From assembly GCA_040285825.1 (NCBI GenBank), contig JAUPSS010000003.1:496001-560000 (forward strand): a stretch of DNA of 64,000 nt. The letters are read 5' to 3'. The notes under the pieces were generated by a model. The model did not search any database, had not been told where the DNA came from, and saw nothing but the letters and a program-made list of their open reading frames with translations. The stretch is from Eukaryota sp. TZLM1-RC. Lineage: Eukaryota > Protista > Metamonada: BaSk clade. Both the position numbers and the translations under genes were made by a program. Positions 32,421 through 42,523 of the stretch are shown in pieces. How positions within the stretch are numbered: position 1 is the stretch's first letter; every line of letters starts with the position of its first letter.

Positions 32421-33108
32421 ATGGGAGATTCTCGAGTAGATTACGACTACCTTTTCAAGATTGTTCTTATTGGTGACAGTGGCAGTGGTATATCTCATTT
32501 TACTAGTTCCAACCTTAGGAAAAAGTTGCTTGCTCTCTCGCTTCACCCGTGATGAATTCATAAAGGAGTCTAAAAGTACCATTGGTGTCGAATTTGCTAC
32601 ACGCAGTCTTGTACTTGACGGTATAACCATTAAAGCCCAAGTATGGGATACAGGTTTGTTTGCTTCTCTATAGCTCCTCTCAGCTGGCCAAGAAAGATAC
32701 AAAGCCATTACATCTGCTTATTACAGAGGAGCTGTCGGTGCTCTTCTCGTATACGACATCACAAAACGAAATTCTTTTGAAAACGTTACCCAGTGGCTGG
32801 ATGAATTAAGAAGTCATGCAGACCCTGGTATCACTGTTATGCTTGTTGGCAACAAATGTGATCTCACATTTGCACGTACTGTCACGGCGGAAGAAGCTGC
32901 TGACTATGCTCGCCGCAATGATCTCAGTTTCCTTGAGACATCTGCTTTGGATGGTACAAACGTTGACCAGGCCTTTCAGGATGTTTTAAGCCATATTTAT
33001 AGAAAAGATTCACAAAATATGCTCTATGACAGTAGTAATTGTAAAGTCGATGAAGGAGAAGTGTTGTCTGATGATTCTAGTCGTAGATCAGGTTGTAGAT
33101 GCGGTTAA
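32421..33108 (+). CDS. RAB11: Rab11 family GTPase; exons 32421-32487, 32519-32653, 32684-33108
   Basis: [68 protein letters not shown]-terminal CRCG. Removing two GT-AG introns (31 and 30 nt) restores G1 and G3. Confidence 0.95.
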
Positions 33109-33197
33109 TTTCTATGTATATATCTATTTGAGCACCTATTCTAATAGTTTTTTTGATAAAGAATACTATTCTGTTTATTGTTTAATATACAAATGAT

Positions 33198-35441
33198 TTA
33201 TTTAAAAAAAGTTAGTAAGTTGTCAAAGTTCAATTCACTTAAACTGGCCATATAAGCCTGAATATTATTTCGTGTGTCGTGACCTTTCAGTCTCCAAAAG
33301 TCAATAAAAAGATCTGTTAAAATTCCCTTAAAAATCTCCAGTATCTTGGGTTGTTCGTTGTAAATCCTTTCAATCTCTTCAGCAGACGCCAAGATATCTG
33401 CAAATTCTGAGGGGAAAAAATTCTTAATTTCATTTTCATTCAAGGATATTTCCTCAAGACCCTTTAAAATAGAATACTTTTGGGCAATTTCTAAAATAGA
33501 TGAATGTTTAGTGCTGAATTGTTTAAAAAACTCCTCGATACTTTGAATTGAAACACTAACATCTGGTTTAATTAAAACCTTAGCTCGTGTTGCTTGAATT
33601 GACAAAACTTCCTTAATAATTGATAACGCGCTGATATTATCAGAAAAGGCTGTGATCTTATTGTCATAAACTTCCAATTTCAAGGGACTTCCAGAGAAAG
33701 TAGAAACTGTGGAAATCACACTAGATTTGGTATCCACCTGATCGGTCATAAATAATTGGGAAATCCAACGACCAGCCGTGGAGGAAGAAAACTGACCAGT
33801 AAAAGTGATTTGCGAATGAAACCTGGAATTCATTACAGATTTGCTGTCTACTGATTGATGTAGAGTTAGAGGTTTCAACGAAATTTTAATCTTTTGGGCA
33901 ACGCGAGACCCTTGCTCTTCAGACTCCTTTGATTTAGCATTTCCTGTGTTAATGATGCCAACAACCTCAACATCGCCGCCTAGGCCCTCAATAGATCTAA
34001 ATAGGAGCTCAAAGTGTCTAGAGTTTTGGACTTTTGGCGTAATGACAACTGTCACCAAGTTCTTTTGGTTTGATTCACCAAAACCTCCAGACAAAATACT
34101 GAAATTACATTCTGTCGACGAATCAAACTGCCGATCGACAGCAACTTGACCCTTTCCTATTTGGGAATAGTTAAACAAAGACATTGGAACCAAGCTAGAC
34201 AATAACACCTTGTCAACAGGAAATTCAGAAGTAAAAGTTAGTTTGAAACAAGAAAGTGAGGTAATGGGGGTCAAGACAGCGTTGAAAATTGATTGATTAG
34301 AAGAGATCATTGACAAGTCAGAACTAGCAGACTCAAGCTTTTTCAATTTTTTGTTCAAATCAGAAATTTCCACTTGTAAATTGCTCACCATTTTATCTAC
34401 ATTAGTGATTTGCTGATGATCCTTACTAGCTGTCAGCGAAATAATTCGACCAGAAACAGAGATACCGAGCAAAGAATTAAAACCATCTAAGAATTTTCCA
34501 CTCGTTAAAGAAACTAGTTTGTCCTCCAACAAAAGACTGAAAGAATGGTAAAATTCATAACTATCGTTGGTTTCACTAAAGTTGGCAAATAATTCAACTA
34601 AACCTGAATCACGAGAGATTGTGAGGATCTGAACTTGACTGTCCATAAAGGGAAGGTAATTAACATTGATTGCAACAATTTTGGATGAATCTTTTGAAAC
34701 TACCTCTGATAGAAATTCAATTTCACCATCAAAAACTCGAAGTATAACAAGGTTTCCGTTACTCAACCCAACGGCTACATCAACGTGATCTGAGCGCTCA
34801 AAATTAGAATCAATCAAATTTGATTGACCTGTATTGATCAAACTCATACAGTTTCCCGTACCTTCCAGTTCATAACTACTAACCACATCATCACCACAGA
34901 TTAACCTTAGAGAACTGTCAGCAAGGCAGGCAAGACAGAGTGAATAGGGAGAAGAACTTTTGAGAGCTACCAAAGGAAGAAAGGAGGTTATAGAATCTGG
35001 ACAAAGCAAGAAGGCTTCTTCTTCGCATGATTTGAAAAGAGAATAACTATTTGAAGTGGTGGTGTGAATAAAATCGTCTTCAACAAAGGCAAAGGTGATT
35101 GGTTCAGTTGATGAAGTTTCAAACATAAACTGCTCGCTCCCTTTTTTATTGAACCCAATGATGGAATTTCCACATGTGACAAATAGCCCGTAAACACCAG
35201 AGTTCGACTTACCACCGAGTGAAAGAGATGTAGGGGTGGATGGAAGAGTAACTTCGAATGAAGAGGTAAACATGTCTTTTTTAAAGGAGACTGCTTTAAG
35301 CGTGCTTCCATCAATAAAACAAAACTTTTGATTTTTCTTGCCCTTGTTGGCTTTTTCGGAAGGAAGGGGGAGTAAGGTGGACACAGATCCAAGTGAGTAT
35401 GTGATAGAGAGAATGTGTTGATGGTCTAGTAACAGTTCCAT
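33198..35441 (-). CDS. BBS7: Bardet-Biedl syndrome 7 protein (BBSome)
   Basis: 747 aa. IIGFNKKGSEQFMFET, FRSIEG, SDNISALSIIKEVLS, GILTDLFIDFWRLKG. Confidence 0.9.
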   Translation of the reverse strand: MELLLDHQHILSITYSLGSVSTLLPLPSEKANKGKKNQKFCFIDGSTLKAVSFKKDMFTSSFEVTLPSTPTSLSLGGKSNSGVYGLFVTCGNSIIGFNKKGSEQFMFETSSTEPITFAFVEDDFIHTTTSNSYSLFKSCEEEAFLLCPDSITSFLPLVALKSSSPYSLCLACLADSSLRLICGDDVVSSYELEGTGNCMSLINTGQSNLIDSNFERSDHVDVAVGLSNGNLVILRVFDGEIEFLSEVVSKDSSKIVAINVNYLPFMDSQVQILTISRDSGLVELFANFSETNDSYEFYHSFSLLLEDKLVSLTSGKFLDGFNSLLGISVSGRIISLTASKDHQQITNVDKMVSNLQVEISDLNKKLKKLESASSDLSMISSNQSIFNAVLTPITSLSCFKLTFTSEFPVDKVLLSSLVPMSLFNYSQIGKGQVAVDRQFDSSTECNFSILSGGFGESNQKNLVTVVITPKVQNSRHFELLFRSIEGLGGDVEVVGIINTGNAKSKESEEQGSRVAQKIKISLKPLTLHQSVDSKSVMNSRFHSQITFTGQFSSSTAGRWISQLFMTDQVDTKSSVISTVSTFSGSPLKLEVYDNKITAFSDNISALSIIKEVLSIQATRAKVLIKPDVSVSIQSIEEFFKQFSTKHSSILEIAQKYSILKGLEEISLNENEIKNFFPSEFADILASAEEIERIYNEQPKILEIFKGILTDLFIDFWRLKGHDTRNNIQAYMASLSELNFDNLLTFFK

Positions 35442-35476
35442 TTGCTACAGATGATGTCTATAACAATGAAATAAGT

Positions 35477-37660
35477 GTCCTTTTTACACCAATGTAGAGA
35501 GAATGAGTTTTTGAGAAGTGGAAGATTTTCTCCTTGATACCTTTTTCTTTGATCCTTTGTCAACCTTAATTCTCTGCAGGTATTCCGGTCTATCTCCACC
35601 TTTTACATGTGCTTCCATCACTGCCAACATATTCAGCGAAGCATCTCGTTCTCTAAACTTTCGCATGATTTACACATGGTAAGCCCTTGACCATTAGACA
35701 TCTCGTTCCTTTTTTTATGGCATGGAATTTCTACAACATTTCAGCATTTCAACTGTTTTTTCCGCTTTCCTACAGTTGAAACAACAACAACTGGTTCGGA
35801 ACTCATTAAGTAAAAAGACCTTATTACGAGCCTTTTCAAATTAAATTCTCAAACCTTTTCCTTTGGTAGGTTCTTTGAATTTCATGTGTTTTCGTTGTTC
35901 CCAGTCTCCGATTCCAATAACTACTTGGATGGGATCACCAATTACAGATTTGAATCTCTGAGTCATCTTCGCCTCAGATCTTGTGCGATTAATCTCAGCC
36001 CACCATCTTGGTTTCCTAAATCTTTTTTGATGATAGACTTCACCAATGGTACTATTCACAAAAATCTTAAAATAATTCTTTTGTTTATTATATGCCATAA
36101 ATCTATCAAATCGACAGCTTTGGAAATAGAATTGGGATACAGTTGCTTCCCATTCTGCTACAGATTTAGTTTTTTGTTCATTATTTCTCAAATTTAATGA
36201 GTTATCAAACCGGTTTGTACCTCAAAATAACATATTTATCTCTCTCAGGTTTTTTTGAATGCGTCATTCCAGTGGCTAAATTGGCAGAAACATAGAGTAG
36301 ATCATATTTAGCTAAATCAGCAGTAGCAAGGGTCATATCTTGAAAATCAGAAGGAACTAATGCTGGGGTCTTCAATTTGTTTTTCCTTTTTTTTTTAATT
36401 TTTTTGCAGTTACTTTGTATTTTTTCAAGTACATTCTAGATTGCCTAAACTGCTACTGCTACTCGATCAGTCTTGATGCTTGACATGATTTACATTGAAT
36501 ATTCTGAATAAAGTTTCGTGTTTTTGATCTCGTCCATTTTCAAAAAGGTATTCCATAAAACCAATTCAGCAGCTTGATTAATAGATTGATAAGACTACCT
36601 TTTACCTAGAATGTTCTTGAAATCGGCAAATTACATGTCCAACAAACTTGTCTTGTCAGTTCTGATACAGGAGGGAATACAAGAATTCATATTCTATCAA
36701 TTATTTTTTTCTGCTTGTTGATTTTTCTACAGCATCACAAAAACAAAGATTTAGTTTAATCTGTTCTCGAGTAAAAATAGGAAACACAGAAATTGCAACA
36801 ATGTTTCTTGTAGATTGACAGTAAGAGATGGAATGTTCTCTTGCAGAAATCACAATTAATTCATCCTCATCACTGAGCTTTTTACCCAACATCAAAGTTT
36901 CAATATCAATTACAGGATATCTGTATTGAGTCAGTTGATTAGCATTGAAAAGTGTTTTCACACGTTTCAAAGATGTGCTCATTACATCAGCTCGCCTATT
37001 TCTGATGGTGTTTTGCAAGGAGGAACATTTTTTTGTCTTAAATATTTTTCGTTTATCGTCAACACAGCTATGAAAACATATTTTGAGTTGAATAAGTTGT
37101 TTAATTTGGACTGAATCAATTGAATTGAACTGATTTGACAAAAACAGATTGATCATTCTTTTTGCAAACAGTATTGTGAATATTCCACATTCATATAAAT
37201 TGGATTGATTAAATTGAAATAAATTTTGACTGAAATTGATGCCAAGTATTTCAAAAATTATTGAATTAATTCTTTGATGTTGTTCTTCATTATGACGAAG
37301 ACTATCAAAAAGAAAAACATTTATTGTTCTGCATTTGATCCAGAATGCATCAAGTACCCAATGTTGACCAATGGTAAATTGCTCGTCAACAGATGCATTC
37401 AAATTTGAATGATGAAATGCATCATTATAGGGTAGAAGAATCAAAGTGTTTTCTTCGTTGCCAGAAGTGATCAATTGTGAGCAAAAATCATTTTGAACAA
37501 ATCCCCTAACAAATAATAAAGCTGATGCGATGGACCAAACAAGTATTTTGTGATGTGACAGTGGAGTTGATGACTGATTGATAAAGTTGTTGATCGAATC
37601 AGTGATTTGTTCATCATCTAACCAGCTGTCTTCGACATCATCACTTTGTTTTCCTCCACC
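35477..37660 (-). mobile_element. Fanzor1 family B copy 2 with N-terminal Ulp1/C48 protease domain, pseudogenised
   Basis: WLDDEQI (~37624), QHWVL (His 37363), FDSL (Asp 37306) and QSNLYECG (Cys 37189) lie in one open frame that continues into sequence shared with copy B1. C-terminus IGIGDWEQRKHMKFKEPTKGKGLR, NEFRTSCCC, GGDRPEYLQR. Confidence 0.85.
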
Positions 37661-39237
37661 TGATATATTAATATTTGTGAAATATATATTTATTATTAAA
37701 AGGATAAATTTATATAATTTTGATTTAAAAATTTATAAAATGATTTATCAAAAAGATCGTCAAACTCTCCAGAATAAGCACAAAACGAATTGCCCCCTTC
37801 CATAAACAGGCTGTGGGTGGAAACACTGATGTATGAAACACAAACAGCTTCCAGGTTCGTGCCCCAGACACGACCTACAAATTCATATATAATGTGTTTT
37901 CTTGAAGGAATCATAAAATGTTTATTAATCAAAATTGTTGAACAATTAATTAAAAAACAATTTATAAAAACTTCATGATAAACTATTTAGACAAATTGAT
38001 CCTTCTCAACTAAAATAGAGGAAGAGTCAATCTGACTAAGTAGTATATTTTCTACCAAATGATAGGAATGGTCTTTGAGAGGAAGTTCCTTTGCTACCTT
38101 TGCGGATATAATTGTACTCAGGTGTATAAAGGTACAAAAATACCTATTTAATAGTGTCATAATGGAAAAATGATGTTTAGAGCCACCGATCTATGAGTGG
38201 CACATCCATTGTGATCCGAGCCCATATTTGTCCACTACAAACTAAAAACGGAATTAATTGGGAAATATCAAAAATGGGTGAAATTATTTTGAAAATCATT
38301 TATCAGGACTGCAACACATAGTGATGAATTTCATTTCAAGATTCACCATCTGAAAGGATCAACGGCTGTACATCAACTTGAAACTGGCATGGATTGTCCT
38401 ACATGTTTACTCCTTTAGATGATCTATAGACTGAATTTCCAAATTCAAATCTAAAGTCTAGTAGAAGTGACATAGACTTGTTTGTAAATGAATGTGAATT
38501 TTGTTCAGAATCAATTAAGTAATAATTTGAAACAATTGTGATGGTGATGGAGAAGACAAGTAAAGGTTATTCATTCAAGTTATTACACAAACCTCAAGAA
38601 CAATTTACTGCAACTATTGAATTGGACTATTGTAATGATTCTAGTGTTGATGGTCTATTGGATCAAGTAATTGACCATTACAGGTGAAGAAGTGAAGGAT
38701 ACTTCTAAAATAGATGGAAAATGAAAACAAAGCAAGTCGATCAGTAATAGTGTTGTAGTCACCCACAACGTTGGTTGTGGGTGAATGGTTGTGGGTGACA
38801 TCATTTTGATTGGAAGAAAGTGACTCATCATTGATCATTACTAGTGTTGACTGAAGTAATATTTAAACAACTCCTTTACCACTTTTGTACAAAGATAAAT
38901 GACAGTAAATATCGGTAGGGTCTAGCTTGTTGACCAGCTCAAACTTTTGTAAGAAGACCCAATTAGTTTAAAACTGTATTGTCCCAAAAATGATAAATTC
39001 AGTGAATATAGGCTATTTAGTTTCCATAGTGTCTGAGAATGTGACTAGAGGCTTAAAATAACAAATGAACCTATTCAAGTATAGCTAACAAAAAAACAAA
39101 TTTCAAAAAGTTTATTGAAAAAGCTTCACCTAATTCAATTCTACCATGATGAATGAATAGTAATTTAAAGAATTAACACATAAATTTTGATTAAGCTACA
39201 ATCAAAAAGCAAAAATCACAATCAACCTGAGAAATAC

Positions 39238-40218
39238 TTACTTGTTCATGGAAAGAACTTCTTCAACATACACAAGAGCAGTGTCGACGCACTTATCAAA
39301 CAAAGAATCCTTAAAGGTAGTTTGAACGAGTTCTGACAATGTCTTTGAATTATTTTCATCAGAAAACACCAATTCAAAAAGTGACATGTGGTGCTTAATT
39401 CGACTACCAAAGCTTGAAACACAATTCTCAGAACGCTTAAAGTTCCAAATCTGACATTCCTCACTGTATTTGTTGAAAAAAGAACATAGGCAGTGGTGTT
39501 GGCATAAAGAGCAGCTGAGGGGAGCAACTCTAATGGACAAAGAGCCCTGGATTCTGCTTGATATGGAGTCGAAAGCATTACGTATGGTGTTGACGTAATT
39601 CAGATCAGACAAAACCCCAAGGAATTCCCCATATAAGTGTTTAAAGAAAGGAACTAGTTTTGCTAACAACAAGGCTATATGCGAGGAATCTTCCAGGGAC
39701 TGCAGTAATTCACTATTGAATAGAATGGTATTTAGAGTGTTATTCAATCCAAAAAAGGGAGTATCGATAGCAATCAGTAGTTTAGGTGTGAAATCAGCCC
39801 TTTTAGACAGTTCCCCGAGGACCAATCCACCACATGAATGGCTGACGTAATGTGAAGACAGAAGAGAATGGTGCTTGATGTGTGAATAGATTAAGTCCAC
39901 AATGTTTGTGAAAGAACGCTGCTTGCAACTGTAATCAATAATGTATACCGACCTTCCCTGTGATTGTAACAACCACGGCAAGCTATGGAATGTACTGTGG
40001 ATGGGAGGAATGCCATTCTCTTTTGAAACAGTTACTGGCGGTGACTGGGTGTTATCTATCGCATCATTGCATTGAAAACCGTGAACAAAGACGACACATG
40101 ATGCGGGGTCAAGCAATCTAAGAAGTTCTGTACGAGCAGAAGGTGTTGAGTTAATAAGCGAAGCCGTAGATGATAAGTGATTAACAGTTTCGGCAGCTTT
40201 AGATAGAAATCTCAACAT
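39238..40218 (-). CDS. Alpha/beta-hydrolase (DUF676/PGAP1-like putative lipase)
   Basis: VVFVHG, nucleophile elbow SHSCGG, IDTPFFG. Confidence 0.75.
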   Translation of the reverse strand: MLRFLSKAAETVNHLSSTASLINSTPSARTELLRLLDPASCVVFVHGFQCNDAIDNTQSPPVTVSKENGIPPIHSTFHSLPWLLQSQGRSVYIIDYSCKQRSFTNIVDLIYSHIKHHSLLSSHYVSHSCGGLVLGELSKRADFTPKLLIAIDTPFFGLNNTLNTILFNSELLQSLEDSSHIALLLAKLVPFFKHLYGEFLGVLSDLNYVNTIRNAFDSISSRIQGSLSIRVAPLSCSLCQHHCLCSFFNKYSEECQIWNFKRSENCVSSFGSRIKHHMSLFELVFSDENNSKTLSELVQTTFKDSLFDKCVDTALVYVEEVLSMNK

Positions 40219-40312
40219 AGTTTATGCCAAAAGAAATTTCTGTAGGAGAGGAAGTGACTTATGACTACAAGTTTAATGAGGAAGAGAACAAGTTACCTTG
40301 TTAATTGTAGAC
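40217..40312 (+). pseudogene. Fragment of a SET1-type SET/post-SET domain
   Basis: IVYAK (frameshift) EISVGEEVTYDYKFNEEENKLPC* matches the GEE-TYDYKF...KLPC end of SET1-family methyltransferases. Confidence 0.7.
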
Positions 40313-40689
40313 TGCAAATATTGATGAAAGTAGACTTTATTCATCATTGATCAATACAAAATCTACTCCAACTCGATTCAAGCTTGAGGTGAATTGGAAT
40401 CATGTTTTGCTCAACTCTATTTATTATCTTAGTGGTTATCCAATATTGTGTTTGAAGATCGATCTTGTCCTGATATTTCAAACGCAAACATTTCAATCAA
40501 TGTCAATCCCTCTGTCTATTCTGGTTTTAATTTCAGAGGAAACGTTATTGAGACAATAATCCCAAAAGCAAGCAGACAAAATTCATTGAACTGAGAACAG
40601 TATATTAGATTTAAGGTTGTAAGGATTTCAGTTTTCCCAATCAGATATCAGGTCTTATTAACAATGTTACCTAACCATCTTCACATTCA

Positions 40690-41478
40690 ATGCACATACC
40701 TGTAACTGTATATGTGGCTACTGCTTATGGACAAGACGTCTTTCTTACAGGCTCTTTCTGTGATTGGTCTGTTGATCAGCACTCCTTACCTCTACACTAT
40801 GACCAACACTACAAATGGAAAGGGCTTGTAAATCTAAAAACCAAACAACCTTTTGAGTACAAGTATTTTATTAAAGATAATGACAACAGAATCACATGGC
40901 AAGGTGGATCTAATATGAGGTTTGATCCTGCTACACAAAGAGAGATCGTGGATTCTTGGGAAACTCCAAAACAATTCAAAGTACCTGATATACCTGTAGA
41001 AACCACGGACTCGGCAGCAGGAATCTCTGGATTTGAATCAGATGTTGAGACTATAGAAGAAGACCAAACTGTCAGTTCTCCTACATCTTATGTTAAACCA
41101 CTATCGAGTGGTCAAATATCCGATGAAAGAAGAGCTTCGACGGACCACTCTAGAGTGCTTTATGTAGAGCGGATCAAAGAAGAAAGATTTAGAATGGAAG
41201 AGGAGGATGAAGATGCATCAATGACAGAAGGTCATGATGATGATACTTACTCCCCACCAACTCCGCACTGGGATGAAGATCATCCACTTGATGTCAGTCC
41301 TGTAGAAGTCAGAAATGAAGAGGAACAGAGTAGAGGTCTACTATCAAACATTTGGAGAACAATGGACAGGGGAATGGAGAGTGGAAGTGGGAGCTATTAT
41401 TGGCTCATTCCGCCAGCAGTTGTTGTTCTCATTAGTATCATTTTGAAGTTCTCACAAAACAGTGATTCATTGGCCTAA
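40690..41478 (+). CDS. CBM20 starch/glycogen-binding protein with C-terminal hydrophobic anchor
   Basis: TAYGQDVFLTGSFCDW, WKG, FEYKYFI, WQGGSN, IVDSW; acidic linker; C-terminal WLIPPAVVVLISIILK. Confidence 0.8.
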   Translation: MHIPVTVYVATAYGQDVFLTGSFCDWSVDQHSLPLHYDQHYKWKGLVNLKTKQPFEYKYFIKDNDNRITWQGGSNMRFDPATQREIVDSWETPKQFKVPDIPVETTDSAAGISGFESDVETIEEDQTVSSPTSYVKPLSSGQISDERRASTDHSRVLYVERIKEERFRMEEEDEDASMTEGHDDDTYSPPTPHWDEDHPLDVSPVEVRNEEEQSRGLLSNIWRTMDRGMESGSGSYYWLIPPAVVVLISIILKFSQNSDSLA

Positions 41479-41501
41479 GATTTGTGGTCAATAGTATTTT
41501 A

Positions 41502-42404
41502 TTATTCTGATATTCTAGATTCTGTGAATACAGCCATATTAAATAACAGGTTAATTGGAACTTTTTTCAACACATCACTCCTTTTTAATTTGTTTAATCT
41601 TTGAACAAATTCCGTTAAACCATCTAATAATTTAAACTCTTGACACAATTTGAAAAACACATTTGCCAACAACATTACTGGGAAAGAAATGTCATCATCA
41701 GATTTAGGTTCTTTTAATAAAACAAGAATTGATTCCTTCAATAGGGCTTCTATTTTCGAAATTTCAGTGTTCAAGCTAGTCTTATTGTTTAAAACTACCT
41801 GGATTTGTTCAATTAAATTACACAATAAATTTTTTAAATAGAAACAGTATTCGACATTGGTGCAGTTTCTAACTTGAGACAACACAGTTATAATTCCACA
41901 AATTACATCAACTAATTCATTATAGATCAACACCAAGCTTTTATGTTGAAACATTGCTTTGATTAGATTAAACATGTGAGAAAGAACCGTTATGGGTACA
42001 AAAATGCCATCATTTAGATGAACAGCAATAGACGAAAGTTCTTCTGTCAATTTAGTGACCATTATTCCTTCCTGTGACCAAATGTGCTTTGTGTTGGGGA
42101 TTGTGTGAGAACTACTCAAAACCCTTTGGAACAAACTGGACGCCTGAAGAAATCGATGTTGTTCCTTGAATAGTTGTTGATCCACGGATGTAATGTTGGG
42201 ATCTACAATCGATTCTGAGTCAACGGGATGCACGTTGTTCAGGAGCGTATCTATATGATGAAGGGAATTATCAGGTGAGTTATTTGGTTGAGTTATTCTT
42301 TGTCTGATATCACCACAAAAGGTTTCTATGTCGCTGTCATTAGGCAAATGGTGTAAAACGGTTAATGCGAGAGTAAAGGCGAGAGGATCTGTGAATGAGC
42401 ACAT
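41502..42404 (-). CDS. Hypothetical helical protein
   Basis: Intact 300 aa ORF tightly packed between neighbours; no motif recognised. Confidence 0.6.
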   Translation of the reverse strand: MCSFTDPLAFTLALTVLHHLPNDSDIETFCGDIRQRITQPNNSPDNSLHHIDTLLNNVHPVDSESIVDPNITSVDQQLFKEQHRFLQASSLFQRVLSSSHTIPNTKHIWSQEGIMVTKLTEELSSIAVHLNDGIFVPITVLSHMFNLIKAMFQHKSLVLIYNELVDVICGIITVLSQVRNCTNVEYCFYLKNLLCNLIEQIQVVLNNKTSLNTEISKIEALLKESILVLLKEPKSDDDISFPVMLLANVFFKLCQEFKLLDGLTEFVQRLNKLKRSDVLKKVPINLLFNMAVFTESRISE

Positions 42405-42523
42405 AACACCATGCCGGGAAATTCTTTCTCAAAATGCATACGCTCCGGATGTTGTAAATTTTGTAGATATCCCTCAACTCATTTGTGTTCTCTTTTCCCT
42501 CCTGTCTTCCCTCCTGTATCTTC

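Noticed and set aside
38641-38850. 10-bp direct repeat CTAGTGTTGA 200 bp apart as a TSD
   Set aside because: No TIRs or second copy of the enclosed sequence; may be chance or decayed coding repeat.
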